From assembly GCA_048938895.1 (NCBI GenBank), contig JBHLLU010000017.1, positions 11,869-75,868 of the forward strand: a stretch of 64,000 nt of DNA, read 5' to 3'. A program made the position numbers and the translations under genes. The stretch is from Promethearchaeota archaeon (GTDB lineage Archaea > Asgardarchaeota > Lokiarchaeia > Sigyniarchaeales > SOKP01). Shown piece by piece: positions 30,411-40,296 of this stretch. The notes below the pieces were generated by a model, which was not told the origin of the DNA, searched no databases, and saw only the letters and a program-made list of their open reading frames with translations. Numbering within the stretch: position 1 is the stretch's first letter; every line of letters begins with the position of its first letter.

Positions 30411-31466
30411 CTATTTATATAAAATTTTATGCAGTTCTTCTCTAATTTTTTTGGTTTTTTTATCTTTTATCCAATATCTTATTTTTGAAGATCTGAGAAA
30501 AGATTGAACATGTTTGTTAAGTTCAATTAATTTTTCACGATCCTCTTTAGATAATTGTGGAACTTCTTCTTCGATTTTCTTTTTTACTTTCTCAACTTCT
30601 TCTTCAAGAAGGGGAATTGAGATTTGTTCTTTACCAGTTATTAATTTTTTTCGAAAAATTTCCTTAATGCTGTTAACCCAGCCTTTAATCCATGGATAAT
30701 TACCCATATTTTTAGGTTCTTTAATTGCAATTTCTTTCCTTTCCACAATTATTAAATCATCAGGACAAGAGTTTTCACAAGCACCACAATAAAAGCAATC
30801 ATCTTCATTACAGGCAATTTTACCGTATTTTTTTACATCTTCTGCTTTTTCTGGAATAAAAAAGGATTCAGTTGGACAAATGTTGACACAGGCTTTACAG
30901 CCCTGAGGATCGCATTTATGTAACATATTTCTCTTGATAATAACCTCCCCTTTTAAAGGTGAGTCTATTGAGAAGCAGTTGGTTGGACATTCCTTTTCAA
31001 TCTTATAATAACTCTTTATATGGTTCCTTTCTCTTACATCCAAACATAATTGACAAATTTCATTTTTTTTATCCTCAATACATTTCTCAGTATCAATTTT
31101 ATAGAATTTATCTATAGTTGGATATTGATCTAAGTCAATTTTTCCCTCAGGCTTGATATTCTCATGAAATGCATCGTTTGGGCAGATAATCGCACAAAGC
31201 ATGCAATAGCAACATTTTTCATAATCGATTAGAATCTTAGGATTAGTTTCATCTAGGATTTCTTGAGCAATCTCTGGTATTGGCCCGAGCGCTATTGCAT
31301 CTGTAGGGCATACTAGTTTGCATAAGGAACATCCTATACATTTCTTTATGTCATAAGTTAGATTTTTATCAACATCTTGATATTTCCATTTTAAAATTAA
31401 TTGATCTGGGCTGATCTCAAGATCTTTTTCAATTATCTCATCCTTATTTTCTTCCTTAGAGATCAT
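30411..31466 (-). CDS. polyferredoxin-like 4Fe-4S protein (FwdF-like)
   Basis: Multiple CxxCxxCxxxCP motifs. Confidence 0.85.
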   Translation of the reverse strand: MISKEENKDEIIEKDLEISPDQLILKWKYQDVDKNLTYDIKKCIGCSLCKLVCPTDAIALGPIPEIAQEILDETNPKILIDYEKCCYCMLCAIICPNDAFHENIKPEGKIDLDQYPTIDKFYKIDTEKCIEDKKNEICQLCLDVRERNHIKSYYKIEKECPTNCFSIDSPLKGEVIIKRNMLHKCDPQGCKACVNICPTESFFIPEKAEDVKKYGKIACNEDDCFYCGACENSCPDDLIIVERKEIAIKEPKNMGNYPWIKGWVNSIKEIFRKKLITGKEQISIPLLEEEVEKVKKKIEEEVPQLSKEDREKLIELNKHVQSFLRSSKIRYWIKDKKTKKIREELHKILYK

Positions 31467-31821
31467 TTTAGATAAGATTACCTTTTAAAAAGAGTGAATT
31501 CTAATTAGTTCAACATAAACATCTCTAATAATCTTATCTATTAAATAAAAAAGGAATGGGGATCAATTATCAAAATCCATCAGAATATCTTGTTCAACAC
31601 ATCGATTTTGAAATTTATATTGATAAGATGATTAATTTTCATTAAAATGAGAGTTAAATTTTTGTAAATCGATAATAATAAATAGATAAAATTCTGTACT
31701 TGTTTTGCAAATAAAATTAATTAAGATTTGATATTGCCTATAAATTTAGGTTGAATGTTTAAGCAATACAATTTCTCTAGAGGAATTTAATAGATTTTAT
31801 TTGGTTTAGGAGGGATTTTCA

Positions 31822-32202
31822 ATAAAAAAGATTTTTATTGCTGAGGATGACAGAGACCTACAACGGCTTTATGAATTACTTCTAAGTATGTCAGGATTTC
31901 AAGTACTAGACTTTGCAAGTAATGGAGATGAGGCTATCGAAATGTATAAGAATTTTCAAGAGAAACCAGATATTATTATCCTTGATTATAGAATGCCAAT
32001 CAAGAATGGGATTGATACGTTAAAAGCTATTTTAGAAATCGATATAGATTCAAAAATTATTTTTGCGAGTGCAGATAGGAGTATACGAGAAAAAAGTTAT
32101 TTTTATGGGGCAGTTGGATTTTTAGATAAACCCTTTACGCATAAGAAATTAGTAACCACTTTGAATAATATTTTAGATATTTCCCATCCGATTAAAATCT
32201 AA
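31822..32202 (+). CDS. single-domain response regulator; probable ATA start upstream of the track ATG
   Basis: In-frame IKKIFIAEDDRDLQRLY precedes the ATG at 31888; DIIILD and KPF; GGAGG SD. Confidence 0.85.
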   Translation: MKKIFIAEDDRDLQRLYELLLSMSGFQVLDFASNGDEAIEMYKNFQEKPDIIILDYRMPIKNGIDTLKAILEIDIDSKIIFASADRSIREKSYFYGAVGFLDKPFTHKKLVTTLNNILDISHPIKI

Positions 32203-32227
32203 TATTAAACGAAATTTCTTTCTTTTT

Positions 32228-32710
32228 CTAGGAATAATACTCATAGCTTTGTCTATCAAAATATTTTATATATTCGACGGGAATACCCTCAGGTTGATAA
32301 TCGGGTGGAGCATAAATCAACCTTAAATTAGGGAAAAAGCTTTCTATTCCTTGCTTAGCAAGTATAATAGCAGGATGATCTGCTTCTTTAAAAATTGCCT
32401 CACTTATTCTCAAAGTAATATCCCGGCATTGCTGCTCATTTAATACGCCAAGTGAATGAATATATTCATGTAAAAGGATATGATATGTGTAAGCCCAAAT
32501 AATTTCATAAGGCTGATCATCAAGAAGTATTTCCAGTGGCGTTTTATTCATAACTATATCAGTCCCTGGAGATATATAGTAACCACCAATAAAACCAATG
32601 AAACCCATATTATTCATCCCCATTTCGACCAATCCTAACGTAAGTCCTGCTCTTTGACGACCAGTTACTCTTCGAACATCCCGTTTAACGCGTTCGAATA
32701 TTTCAGGCAT
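32228..32710 (-). CDS. putative zinc metallopeptidase (HExxH)
   Basis: LLHEYIHSLG. Confidence 0.7.
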   Translation of the reverse strand: MPEIFERVKRDVRRVTGRQRAGLTLGLVEMGMNNMGFIGFIGGYYISPGTDIVMNKTPLEILLDDQPYEIIWAYTYHILLHEYIHSLGVLNEQQCRDITLRISEAIFKEADHPAIILAKQGIESFFPNLRLIYAPPDYQPEGIPVEYIKYFDRQSYEYYS

Positions 32711-32769
32711 TTCTTTCTTTAGATCTTCGAGTTTTACTTTTATTACCTCATAGAATATAATAATTTTAC

Positions 32770-33543
32770 CTAAATATCAAAAAACCAATCATCTTCATCT
32801 TCAATCAAGAAATCCATCATTGTAGTCAAGTCTCTGAGTAAATGGCGGACAGTAAGTTTATTCACATCTCTACGTATTGGACCCATCTCTGTGAAAATAT
32901 CATCTAATAACTTATCAATATTTATTCTCTTAAAATACTTAGCAGGGTTATAGAAAAGAGTATAGAAAATCTCTTTTTCTAAATTGGGTTGTTCCTTAGT
33001 CTTTAAATTATCCTCAAATTGTTCTGCCATTAGATTTTTAAGCTCAATAATAAAAGCCTCTTTATCACGAAGTAAAGCATTTCTTTCCTTTTCCAGTACG
33101 TTTATTTTCTGTTCAATTTCTTTTATTCTCTCCCCAATAAATCGAAATTTTTGATCTGCATTTTTAATTTTTTGATAATCAACATAACATCCAATATCTT
33201 TTATTTCTAAATTATCATCTACTTTTGACACATTATAATTGATATTATAGTAATCAGGGGTGATATTTATTCTCAGAGACAAGTTACTTTTAATTCGATA
33301 TTTAATATTCCTTGGATCATCCCCGAAACTTTCAATTATCCCATAATCAGAAAGCATTTTGAGTTGAGAATGAATTGCTTGTCTTGATATCTTCTTTCCG
33401 AAGGAAGCTGCTAATTCAGAAGCACCAAGAGGGACTTTAGCTAATTTCGATAAAATAATTCTTCTTGTGGGATTACCTAAAATTTCAAGTAAATTATCTA
33501 GACTAAGGAATAAGTTTCCAATTTTTTGTTCTTCCACTTCCAT
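32770..33543 (-). CDS. ArsR-family winged-helix regulator with coiled coil (heat-shock regulator-like)
   Basis: LEILGNPTRRIILSKL...ISRQAIHSQLKML; adjacent to cdc48 and hsp20. Confidence 0.85.
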   Translation of the reverse strand: MEVEEQKIGNLFLSLDNLLEILGNPTRRIILSKLAKVPLGASELAASFGKKISRQAIHSQLKMLSDYGIIESFGDDPRNIKYRIKSNLSLRINITPDYYNINYNVSKVDDNLEIKDIGCYVDYQKIKNADQKFRFIGERIKEIEQKINVLEKERNALLRDKEAFIIELKNLMAEQFEDNLKTKEQPNLEKEIFYTLFYNPAKYFKRINIDKLLDDIFTEMGPIRRDVNKLTVRHLLRDLTTMMDFLIEDEDDWFFDI

Positions 33544-33587
33544 TATTCTTAGCCTTCACTCAATTTTATTATAGCTATAATTTATAA

Positions 33588-35813
33588 TTATCTATATAAT
33601 TCTTCTGATGGTTCTTTTGAATAAAATTCATGAGATTTTTTAGCTTTATCAGCAGATTTTAAAACTTTAGTAATTGCTTCATCAATTTCTTTGTATGATA
33701 TTTTTACAGCTTTCACAGAATTAGCATCTTGAGTATTGATATTAGGATCTGATACCGCTTTCCGAATCGTCAATAATGTTGCTTCTTCACATATCGCTTG
33801 AATATCAGCCCCAGTATAACCTTCCAAAGCATCTGCTAGTTTACTAACATCTACATCAGCGGCAAGAGGTTTGTTTTTAAGATGAATATTAAATATTTCT
33901 ATTCTTGCCTGTTTATCTGGCATAGGAATTTCAATATGCCTTCCAAATCTTCCTGAACGTAATAAAGCGGGATCCAGCATGTCTTGTCGGTTGGTTGCTG
34001 CAAGCAAAATGACGTCTTTTAGTCCCTCTAAACCATCCATTTCTGTGAGTAATTGTGACACTACTTGCTCAGTTACTTGAGAACTGGCAAATCTACCTCT
34101 CATTCCGGCAATTGCATCAATTTCATCAAAAAATATGATACAAGGTGACGCTGATCTAGCTTTTCGAAAGGTTTCTCTTACAGCTTTTTCGCTTTCTCCT
34201 ACCCATTTTGATAAAAATTCAGGACCTTTAACGGAAATAAAATTAACCTCACTTTCATGAGCTAATGCTTTTGCTAATAATGTTTTTCCCGTTCCAGGAG
34301 GTCCAAATAATAATATTCCATTGGGTGGATTTGAATTAAGATGGCGATATAAGTGAGGATATTTTAATGGCCATTCAATAACTTCTTGCAATTGCTGCTT
34401 TGCATCTTCCAATCCACCGATATCATCCCATGTCTCGGAAGGTTGGGTTATAAGAACCTCTCTTAATGCTGATGGTTCAATACTATTTAAAGCAGTTTCA
34501 AAATTTTTCATGTTAATTTGAAGATCAATTAAAATTTCTGGTGGAATTGGCTTATCTAAATCAATTTTGGGCAATATTGCTCGTATTGCTAGCATCGCAG
34601 CTTCTTTTGCTAAAGATTCAACATCCGCCCCTACGAATCCATGGGTCTTCTCAGCAATAAGATGAAGCTTAACATCACCATGCAATGGCATCCCTCTAGT
34701 ATGAATTAGTAAGATCTCATATCTACCATTAGTATCTGGAACCCCGATTTCAATTTCCCTATCAAATCTCCCAGGGCGTCGAAGTGCTGGATCAATGTCA
34801 TTAACTCGATTTGTTGCTCCGATAACAATAATTTCGCCCCTTCCTTCTAAACCATCTAACAAAGAGAGAAGTTGAGCTACAACTCTTCTTTCAACCTCCC
34901 CGGTTACTTCACCTCTTTTAGGTGCAATGGAATCTAGTTCATCTATAAAAATTATCGATGGTGCCATCTCTTTTGCTTCTTCAAATACTTTTCTTAAATT
35001 CTCCTCACTTTGACCATAAAATTTACTCATTATTTCTGGTCCACTTATCGTTATAAAATGTGCTTCAGTTTCATAAGCAACCGCCCTTGCAAGTAGGGTT
35101 TTTCCTGTTCCTGGTGGACCATGAAGTAACACACCTTTAGGGGGATCTATACCTATTCTTTTAAACAATTCAGGATGTCTGATAGGTAATTCAATCATTT
35201 CTCGTATCTTTTGAATTTCTTCTTCTAAACCACCAATATCTTCATAAGTTACTCTTCTACGTTCCAATTCTTCTAATTCTTTAGATGTTTTTTCAGAAAT
35301 CGTAATTTTAGTATCTAAATGAATCCGTACAGCATCTGCTTTGGGTGTATAATCAACAACTATAAAATCAATCCTTCTACCCATCGCATTAAAACTTAAT
35401 ATATCATGTTTGGTAATTACTCTATTTTCTAACATTCTAACTAGCTGATCAGACCTTCTGATAATCACTGATTCTTCGACACCCGCAAAAGTTATCCTAT
35501 CTGCAAGACTTGCTTCGATTTTTCGTATTTCAACCATGTCGTCTAAAGATGCGCTAAGATTTCTTCTTAGAGAAGAATCAATTCTGATTGAACGTGATCC
35601 TCGATCTTCTTCTTTCCCTGGGAATAAGAGAGCAGCAGTTTTCTTTCCCTCATTACGATTGGCAATTTCAATTACATCTCCATTTTTAAGACCCATTTCT
35701 TGAATTACCACAGGATCAATCCTTATTCGACCCCTTCCTGCATCTCCTTTATATGCATCCCTTATTCTTACTTTTCTTCCATTTCCTTTATATTCCCGAG
35801 TTACTTCACTCAT
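33588..35813 (-). CDS. cdc48: CDC48/VCP family AAA ATPase
   Basis: N-domain plus two AAA modules (GPPGTGKT twice, FIDELD/FFDEID, RPGRFD). Confidence 0.97.
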   Translation of the reverse strand: MSEVTREYKGNGRKVRIRDAYKGDAGRGRIRIDPVVIQEMGLKNGDVIEIANRNEGKKTAALLFPGKEEDRGSRSIRIDSSLRRNLSASLDDMVEIRKIEASLADRITFAGVEESVIIRRSDQLVRMLENRVITKHDILSFNAMGRRIDFIVVDYTPKADAVRIHLDTKITISEKTSKELEELERRRVTYEDIGGLEEEIQKIREMIELPIRHPELFKRIGIDPPKGVLLHGPPGTGKTLLARAVAYETEAHFITISGPEIMSKFYGQSEENLRKVFEEAKEMAPSIIFIDELDSIAPKRGEVTGEVERRVVAQLLSLLDGLEGRGEIIVIGATNRVNDIDPALRRPGRFDREIEIGVPDTNGRYEILLIHTRGMPLHGDVKLHLIAEKTHGFVGADVESLAKEAAMLAIRAILPKIDLDKPIPPEILIDLQINMKNFETALNSIEPSALREVLITQPSETWDDIGGLEDAKQQLQEVIEWPLKYPHLYRHLNSNPPNGILLFGPPGTGKTLLAKALAHESEVNFISVKGPEFLSKWVGESEKAVRETFRKARSASPCIIFFDEIDAIAGMRGRFASSQVTEQVVSQLLTEMDGLEGLKDVILLAATNRQDMLDPALLRSGRFGRHIEIPMPDKQARIEIFNIHLKNKPLAADVDVSKLADALEGYTGADIQAICEEATLLTIRKAVSDPNINTQDANSVKAVKISYKEIDEAITKVLKSADKAKKSHEFYSKEPSEELYR

Positions 35814-35870
35814 AATCTTCTCATAATATCTTTTTTCTTTAGATAAATTTTAAATCCATAAAATTTCTAA

Positions 35871-36494
35871 TTACTGCTTCATAGCATTACTGATTCTTAT
35901 CATAGCAATCCCATTATTTATTTCCATTTTACATTCTGATTCTGAAGATTTAAAAGGTAGAGGTATGGTCTTGATATACATGCGTTTTTCATTTTTAGCT
36001 ATAAATTTTAATTTTTTTCCTTTTTCCTCAAATTTAATTTGGACATTTTCCTCATCCATTCCGGGAATCTCAATAAGTATTTCAGAAAAACCTTCGTTAT
36101 CACATATTTCAGTATATGGCTCTAATAGTTTTCTTTCTGATTCTTTATCTTTATGAAAAGTAGTATCCAATGAAAGTGCATCTGCATCAATTTCTTTAGT
36201 AGATTGTGATCTATATAGATCATTCAGTTTTGGGATTTTTGATACATCAATGTTCTTTAAATAATCACGTATGTTTTTATCATCAAGATTACCATCAACT
36301 TTTATCTCTGGTTTGTCCATTCCTGGCTCATAATGATATGATATCTTGAATCCCTTTACACTTTTGTTATTAGGATTTTTATTAAAATTAATATCTGATT
36401 CTGGAACAAATAAAAAATCTATATCAAACATATCAGAATCTAATTTAAAATACTTCTTAATTCGGTCAATAAATTCATCAAAATCATCCCTCAT
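35871..36494 (-). CDS. Hsp20/alpha-crystallin family protein
   Basis: EPYTEI...ILIEIPGMDEENV...INNGI; upstream of cdc48. Confidence 0.8.
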   Translation of the reverse strand: MRDDFDEFIDRIKKYFKLDSDMFDIDFLFVPESDINFNKNPNNKSVKGFKISYHYEPGMDKPEIKVDGNLDDKNIRDYLKNIDVSKIPKLNDLYRSQSTKEIDADALSLDTTFHKDKESERKLLEPYTEICDNEGFSEILIEIPGMDEENVQIKFEEKGKKLKFIAKNEKRMYIKTIPLPFKSSESECKMEINNGIAMIRISNAMKQ

Positions 36495-36519
36495 TATTTC
36501 CTACCTACATTATTTAAAA

Positions 36520-36571
36520 TGTCAATTTTGTCTTGACAACTTCATGCATTACGTTTAAAATATACTAAACG
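36520..36571 (-). promoter_or_regulatory. two inverted repeats in the hsp20-cdc48 operon promoter
   Basis: TGTCAA-N7-TTGACA (36520-38) and CGTTTA-N8-TAAACG (36552-71), just downstream of a minus-strand TTTTTATA box. Confidence 0.5.
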
Positions 36572-36623
36572 ATCTATAAAAACTTATCGATTCTATAAAA
36601 TAAAGAAAAGAACATATGAGAAG

Positions 36624-38588
36624 TTAATTTAAAGGCATATGATAGTAATCTTTTAATAATCTAGAAAAGTTTTTTACATCCAAGTCAAAGAGTTGAATGA
36701 ATAAGAAATTGATTATCTTCTGAATGGATTCTTTGTTATTAATATTTAATTTTTTAGGGACATTATCTTTTATCAGATTATAATTCACTGAGATTTTTTG
36801 GCTGAATTTTAGTAATTCATTAAATAATTCATCTATCTTAACAATTGAGATAGAACTGACTTTTTCCATTATGAATAAAGCTAATTCTTCTATGAGATTG
36901 ATAATAATGCTCTTTTTTTTAGTAGAAAAAAAATCAAGGTTAGGAATTGGTAATCCGTATTCGAGCTTGGTTTTACTTCTTTTAATGAATATGTTTTTAG
37001 CTCTGAATAAGAATGATACTATATTTGAATTCAAATAGGCAACTATAAATGGATAATTAATGCTTTTTTCGTTCAGCTTTGGCCACAGAAAATAAGTATC
37101 TGAAGTAGCATAATAGGGATCAGTTGTATATCCAAAGTGATTTTCGTTTGAAATGAATTTTAGGAAGATTTTTTGACCACTTTCGTACGAAGATTCAAGA
37201 TCAACTAAAATCTCATGTGAATCTCGTTCGAGTTTTCGAATAAAAGATCCTCTTCGAGGATAATAGAAGTCATGTGGGTTTTCCTTAGCATTGATGAGGG
37301 TTTTAGACAATCTACCTTTGAATTGCTGTAGATATTTAGTAAGATTGGGATATTTTTTTTCAAGGAATTGATATCGTTCTTTTGCTGATTGATCACTAAA
37401 TTCAGATTTATTAAAGTAGATAAGGTACCCTATGTAATCTTCTTTGTTATACCCATAAGGAATTATTGCTCTACTTTTATATATTTTTTTAAGTCTTTTT
37501 CTTTCATTTGTATTAAGTTTGAAGTACATTCCGTTAATCTGGATATAATATTGGTTCTTTTCTATTTTTAATTCTTTTCCTTCCTTTAAAATAAATATGT
37601 CATCATTAATTAAAATCAGACCGTTCCTTATGATAAAGAAATTGTTTAGATTTAAAATTCTGTCATTTATTTTACAATAATTTTCAATTTTATCTACAAT
37701 CGATTTAATCTCTCTAGGATAAAGTAGATTCCAGTTACCATTATGTTTTAAATCTTTATTAGTAATTGCTGAAACATAACTTCGTTTATAGCTTGAATCA
37801 CCTTTATGGATTAGTTCCTTAAAAACTAAATTATTAAATGAATCTTGATTCTGAGCATGCCTATGATTTCCTAAAATTTGAATTATTTTGATATCTCTAT
37901 TCGTGTTATTAATTTTTTCTTGATTAGTTTTTTTTTGTAGAACGAAAATACAATTATGTTGACCTCTGGCATCATCGAATACCTTCAAATTTGATAAATC
38001 TATATATTGTAGCAGAAAACATTCATTGAGTATATGTGGTTTCAAAAGCTTTATCCCAGTTTTTTGAGATTTGGTAATCCAATAATTAGTTGTAATAAAA
38101 GAAAGAAGGCCTCCGGGATTTAGCTTCTCAATTCCGATATGAATGAAATAGTAGAACAAATCCATATTCCCTACAAAATATTTAGCACATATCGGATATT
38201 TCTTCATATAATCTTGGAAAACTGCTGCATTATAGTTTTGACCTAGATAGGGAGGATTCCCAATTATGAGATCATACTTATCTTTTTCGTTAGATCCTAA
38301 GAAATTTTCAAACTTGAAGTTGACAGCGGGGTACAAATTTAAAAGAATTTGCTTAAGGGACGTATCCATTTCAAAAGCATGGATATTTGAAAATTCATGT
38401 TGAAGGAGATATTTTAAGAAAATACCTTCTCCTACAGAGGGTTCAAGTATCTTCAAATTCTTTAGATGTGTATTACTTTTAGCAAGCAAAGCAACGATAT
38501 TTCTTACCATGAATTCTGCAACGTAATCAGGCGTAAAAATTTGTCCAATTGATTGATTATTGTGATAATTACTTTTATTTGAAACCAT
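36624..38588 (-). CDS. N6-adenine DNA methyltransferase (Eco57I/TaqI-like)
   Basis: GQIFTP, ILEPSVGEGIF, IIGNPPY, DLFYYF. Confidence 0.9.
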   Translation of the reverse strand: MVSNKSNYHNNQSIGQIFTPDYVAEFMVRNIVALLAKSNTHLKNLKILEPSVGEGIFLKYLLQHEFSNIHAFEMDTSLKQILLNLYPAVNFKFENFLGSNEKDKYDLIIGNPPYLGQNYNAAVFQDYMKKYPICAKYFVGNMDLFYYFIHIGIEKLNPGGLLSFITTNYWITKSQKTGIKLLKPHILNECFLLQYIDLSNLKVFDDARGQHNCIFVLQKKTNQEKINNTNRDIKIIQILGNHRHAQNQDSFNNLVFKELIHKGDSSYKRSYVSAITNKDLKHNGNWNLLYPREIKSIVDKIENYCKINDRILNLNNFFIIRNGLILINDDIFILKEGKELKIEKNQYYIQINGMYFKLNTNERKRLKKIYKSRAIIPYGYNKEDYIGYLIYFNKSEFSDQSAKERYQFLEKKYPNLTKYLQQFKGRLSKTLINAKENPHDFYYPRRGSFIRKLERDSHEILVDLESSYESGQKIFLKFISNENHFGYTTDPYYATSDTYFLWPKLNEKSINYPFIVAYLNSNIVSFLFRAKNIFIKRSKTKLEYGLPIPNLDFFSTKKKSIIINLIEELALFIMEKVSSISIVKIDELFNELLKFSQKISVNYNLIKDNVPKKLNINNKESIQKIINFLFIQLFDLDVKNFSRLLKDYYHMPLN

Positions 38589-38663
38589 CTAATCTTAATA
38601 TTGATTTAAAAATCTATAAAATTGACGGTTGGTATACAAGATAGAACTAATCAATTGGATGAT

Positions 38664-40184
38664 TTAATGATGATGATGCTCATGATGCTCCATTTTTATA
38701 TTGATTGGTCTTAAATTGCCAATCGCCCAACCAGTGACCTCATTCAGAGAAGGATGAATTACCATGGATTTATAAATTGGCATAAATGAACCTGCTTCTG
38801 GGCACGCTCGTTCCAATTTTGGAATATGGAGTCCATGCGACTCTGGTAATTCACATGTGAATCCAGAATTCATAAGATACACAAATGGTTGTACTAGAAT
38901 AGCAGCGTGAGGACCAACAACATGAGCACCCAGTATTTTGTATGATTTATCAACAATTAATTTAAAAAATCCATTATCGTCATCATCATTTTCAAATCCC
39001 ATAGCAAATCCTTTTGCAACAGTAGAGTAATTTTTCTTTGCGACATATATCTCATGTCCTTTTTCAATAGCTTCTTGTTGGGTCATCCCAACATGTCCTA
39101 TTTGAGGATAGGTAAAGATTGCCCAAGGGACAGAAGAATATTCAACAGATTTCTTTTGTTCTTCTGGTCCAAAAATATTATTAACACAAATTTCTGATTC
39201 ATAATTAGCTTTATGTCGAAATTGGTAACGACCATTTGCATCTCCAATGCACCATATATTTTTTATATTCGTTTCTAAATATTGATTGGTTTTTATCCAT
39301 CCTTTTTCGTCAGTTTCAATCCCAGCCTTCTCAACTTTAAGCTTGTCAGCATTTGAACGTCGACCAGCAGCAATTAATATCTCTTCAGCAGTAACTTCAA
39401 TTTCCTTACCATTTTCCATATTTTGGGCGACTATCGCCTTTACTTTTTTTTTCATTTTTGCCTTAATTGCTTTATGGTTAACGTATACATTCATGTATTT
39501 CTTAAAATTATGTTCCAAAAATCTACTTATTTCTGGTTCCTCAGTGGTAACCAAACGTGGAAGCATTTCTAAAACAGTTACCTCTGTTCCCATAGCAGAA
39601 AAAATGTGAGCAAACTCTGCCGCTATGACACCTCCGCCAATTATTATCAAGCTTTTCCAAGGTTGTTTAGGAAATTTATCACCAAAAAAAGTTCTGTTTG
39701 TAACATAACCTACTTGCTCTAATCCTTCAATTGGTGGTATAAAAGAACGTGCTCCTGAAGCAATTACAAATCTTTCGGCTTTAAACGACCCTAAAACTTC
39801 TTTTCCGTCTTTGGATTTCACTTGCATTTCTTTATCCCCAATAAACTCACCGATACCTCGATATAATGTGAGATTTTCAACTTGTGATAATCCTTCTTCT
39901 ATTTGCTTACTCTCGTCAATCTGAGACCACATTCTTTGTGAAATTAATTCCCAGTCAATGTTATCAATATTAAAATGAATTCCAACTTTTTTTGCATGTT
40001 CTGCCTCTCGTATTAAATCCGCAGGATGAACTAAAACTTTCGAAGGGATACAGCCTCGGGTTAAACAGGTCGCCCCTAATTTTGTATCTTCAATAAGGAC
40101 ACACTTCATTCCTCCTTGTAATCCTACACTTAAGACATTTAAACCCGCACCACTCCCTATAACAACTAAATCATAATTTTCCAT
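38664..40184 (-). CDS. pyridine nucleotide-disulfide oxidoreductase (dihydrolipoamide dehydrogenase/mycothione reductase-like) with His-rich tail
   Basis: GSGAG, TCLTRGCIPSK, GGGVIA, HPSLNE; ends HHEHHHH. Confidence 0.88.
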   Translation of the reverse strand: MENYDLVVIGSGAGLNVLSVGLQGGMKCVLIEDTKLGATCLTRGCIPSKVLVHPADLIREAEHAKKVGIHFNIDNIDWELISQRMWSQIDESKQIEEGLSQVENLTLYRGIGEFIGDKEMQVKSKDGKEVLGSFKAERFVIASGARSFIPPIEGLEQVGYVTNRTFFGDKFPKQPWKSLIIIGGGVIAAEFAHIFSAMGTEVTVLEMLPRLVTTEEPEISRFLEHNFKKYMNVYVNHKAIKAKMKKKVKAIVAQNMENGKEIEVTAEEILIAAGRRSNADKLKVEKAGIETDEKGWIKTNQYLETNIKNIWCIGDANGRYQFRHKANYESEICVNNIFGPEEQKKSVEYSSVPWAIFTYPQIGHVGMTQQEAIEKGHEIYVAKKNYSTVAKGFAMGFENDDDDNGFFKLIVDKSYKILGAHVVGPHAAILVQPFVYLMNSGFTCELPESHGLHIPKLERACPEAGSFMPIYKSMVIHPSLNEVTGWAIGNLRPINIKMEHHEHHHH

Positions 40185-40296
40185 AATTTCTTTCTTGTCT
40201 ATATCATTTTTAAAGTTTATATTAATAATTTAAATGAAATTTATAATGTGATTGATAAATAGACCTTTTGTTCCAGAAATAAAAACAGTATTATTT

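Noticed and set aside
31480-31645. Possible decayed minus-strand ORF upstream of the polyferredoxin
   Set aside because: Stop-interrupted with no recognisable homology.
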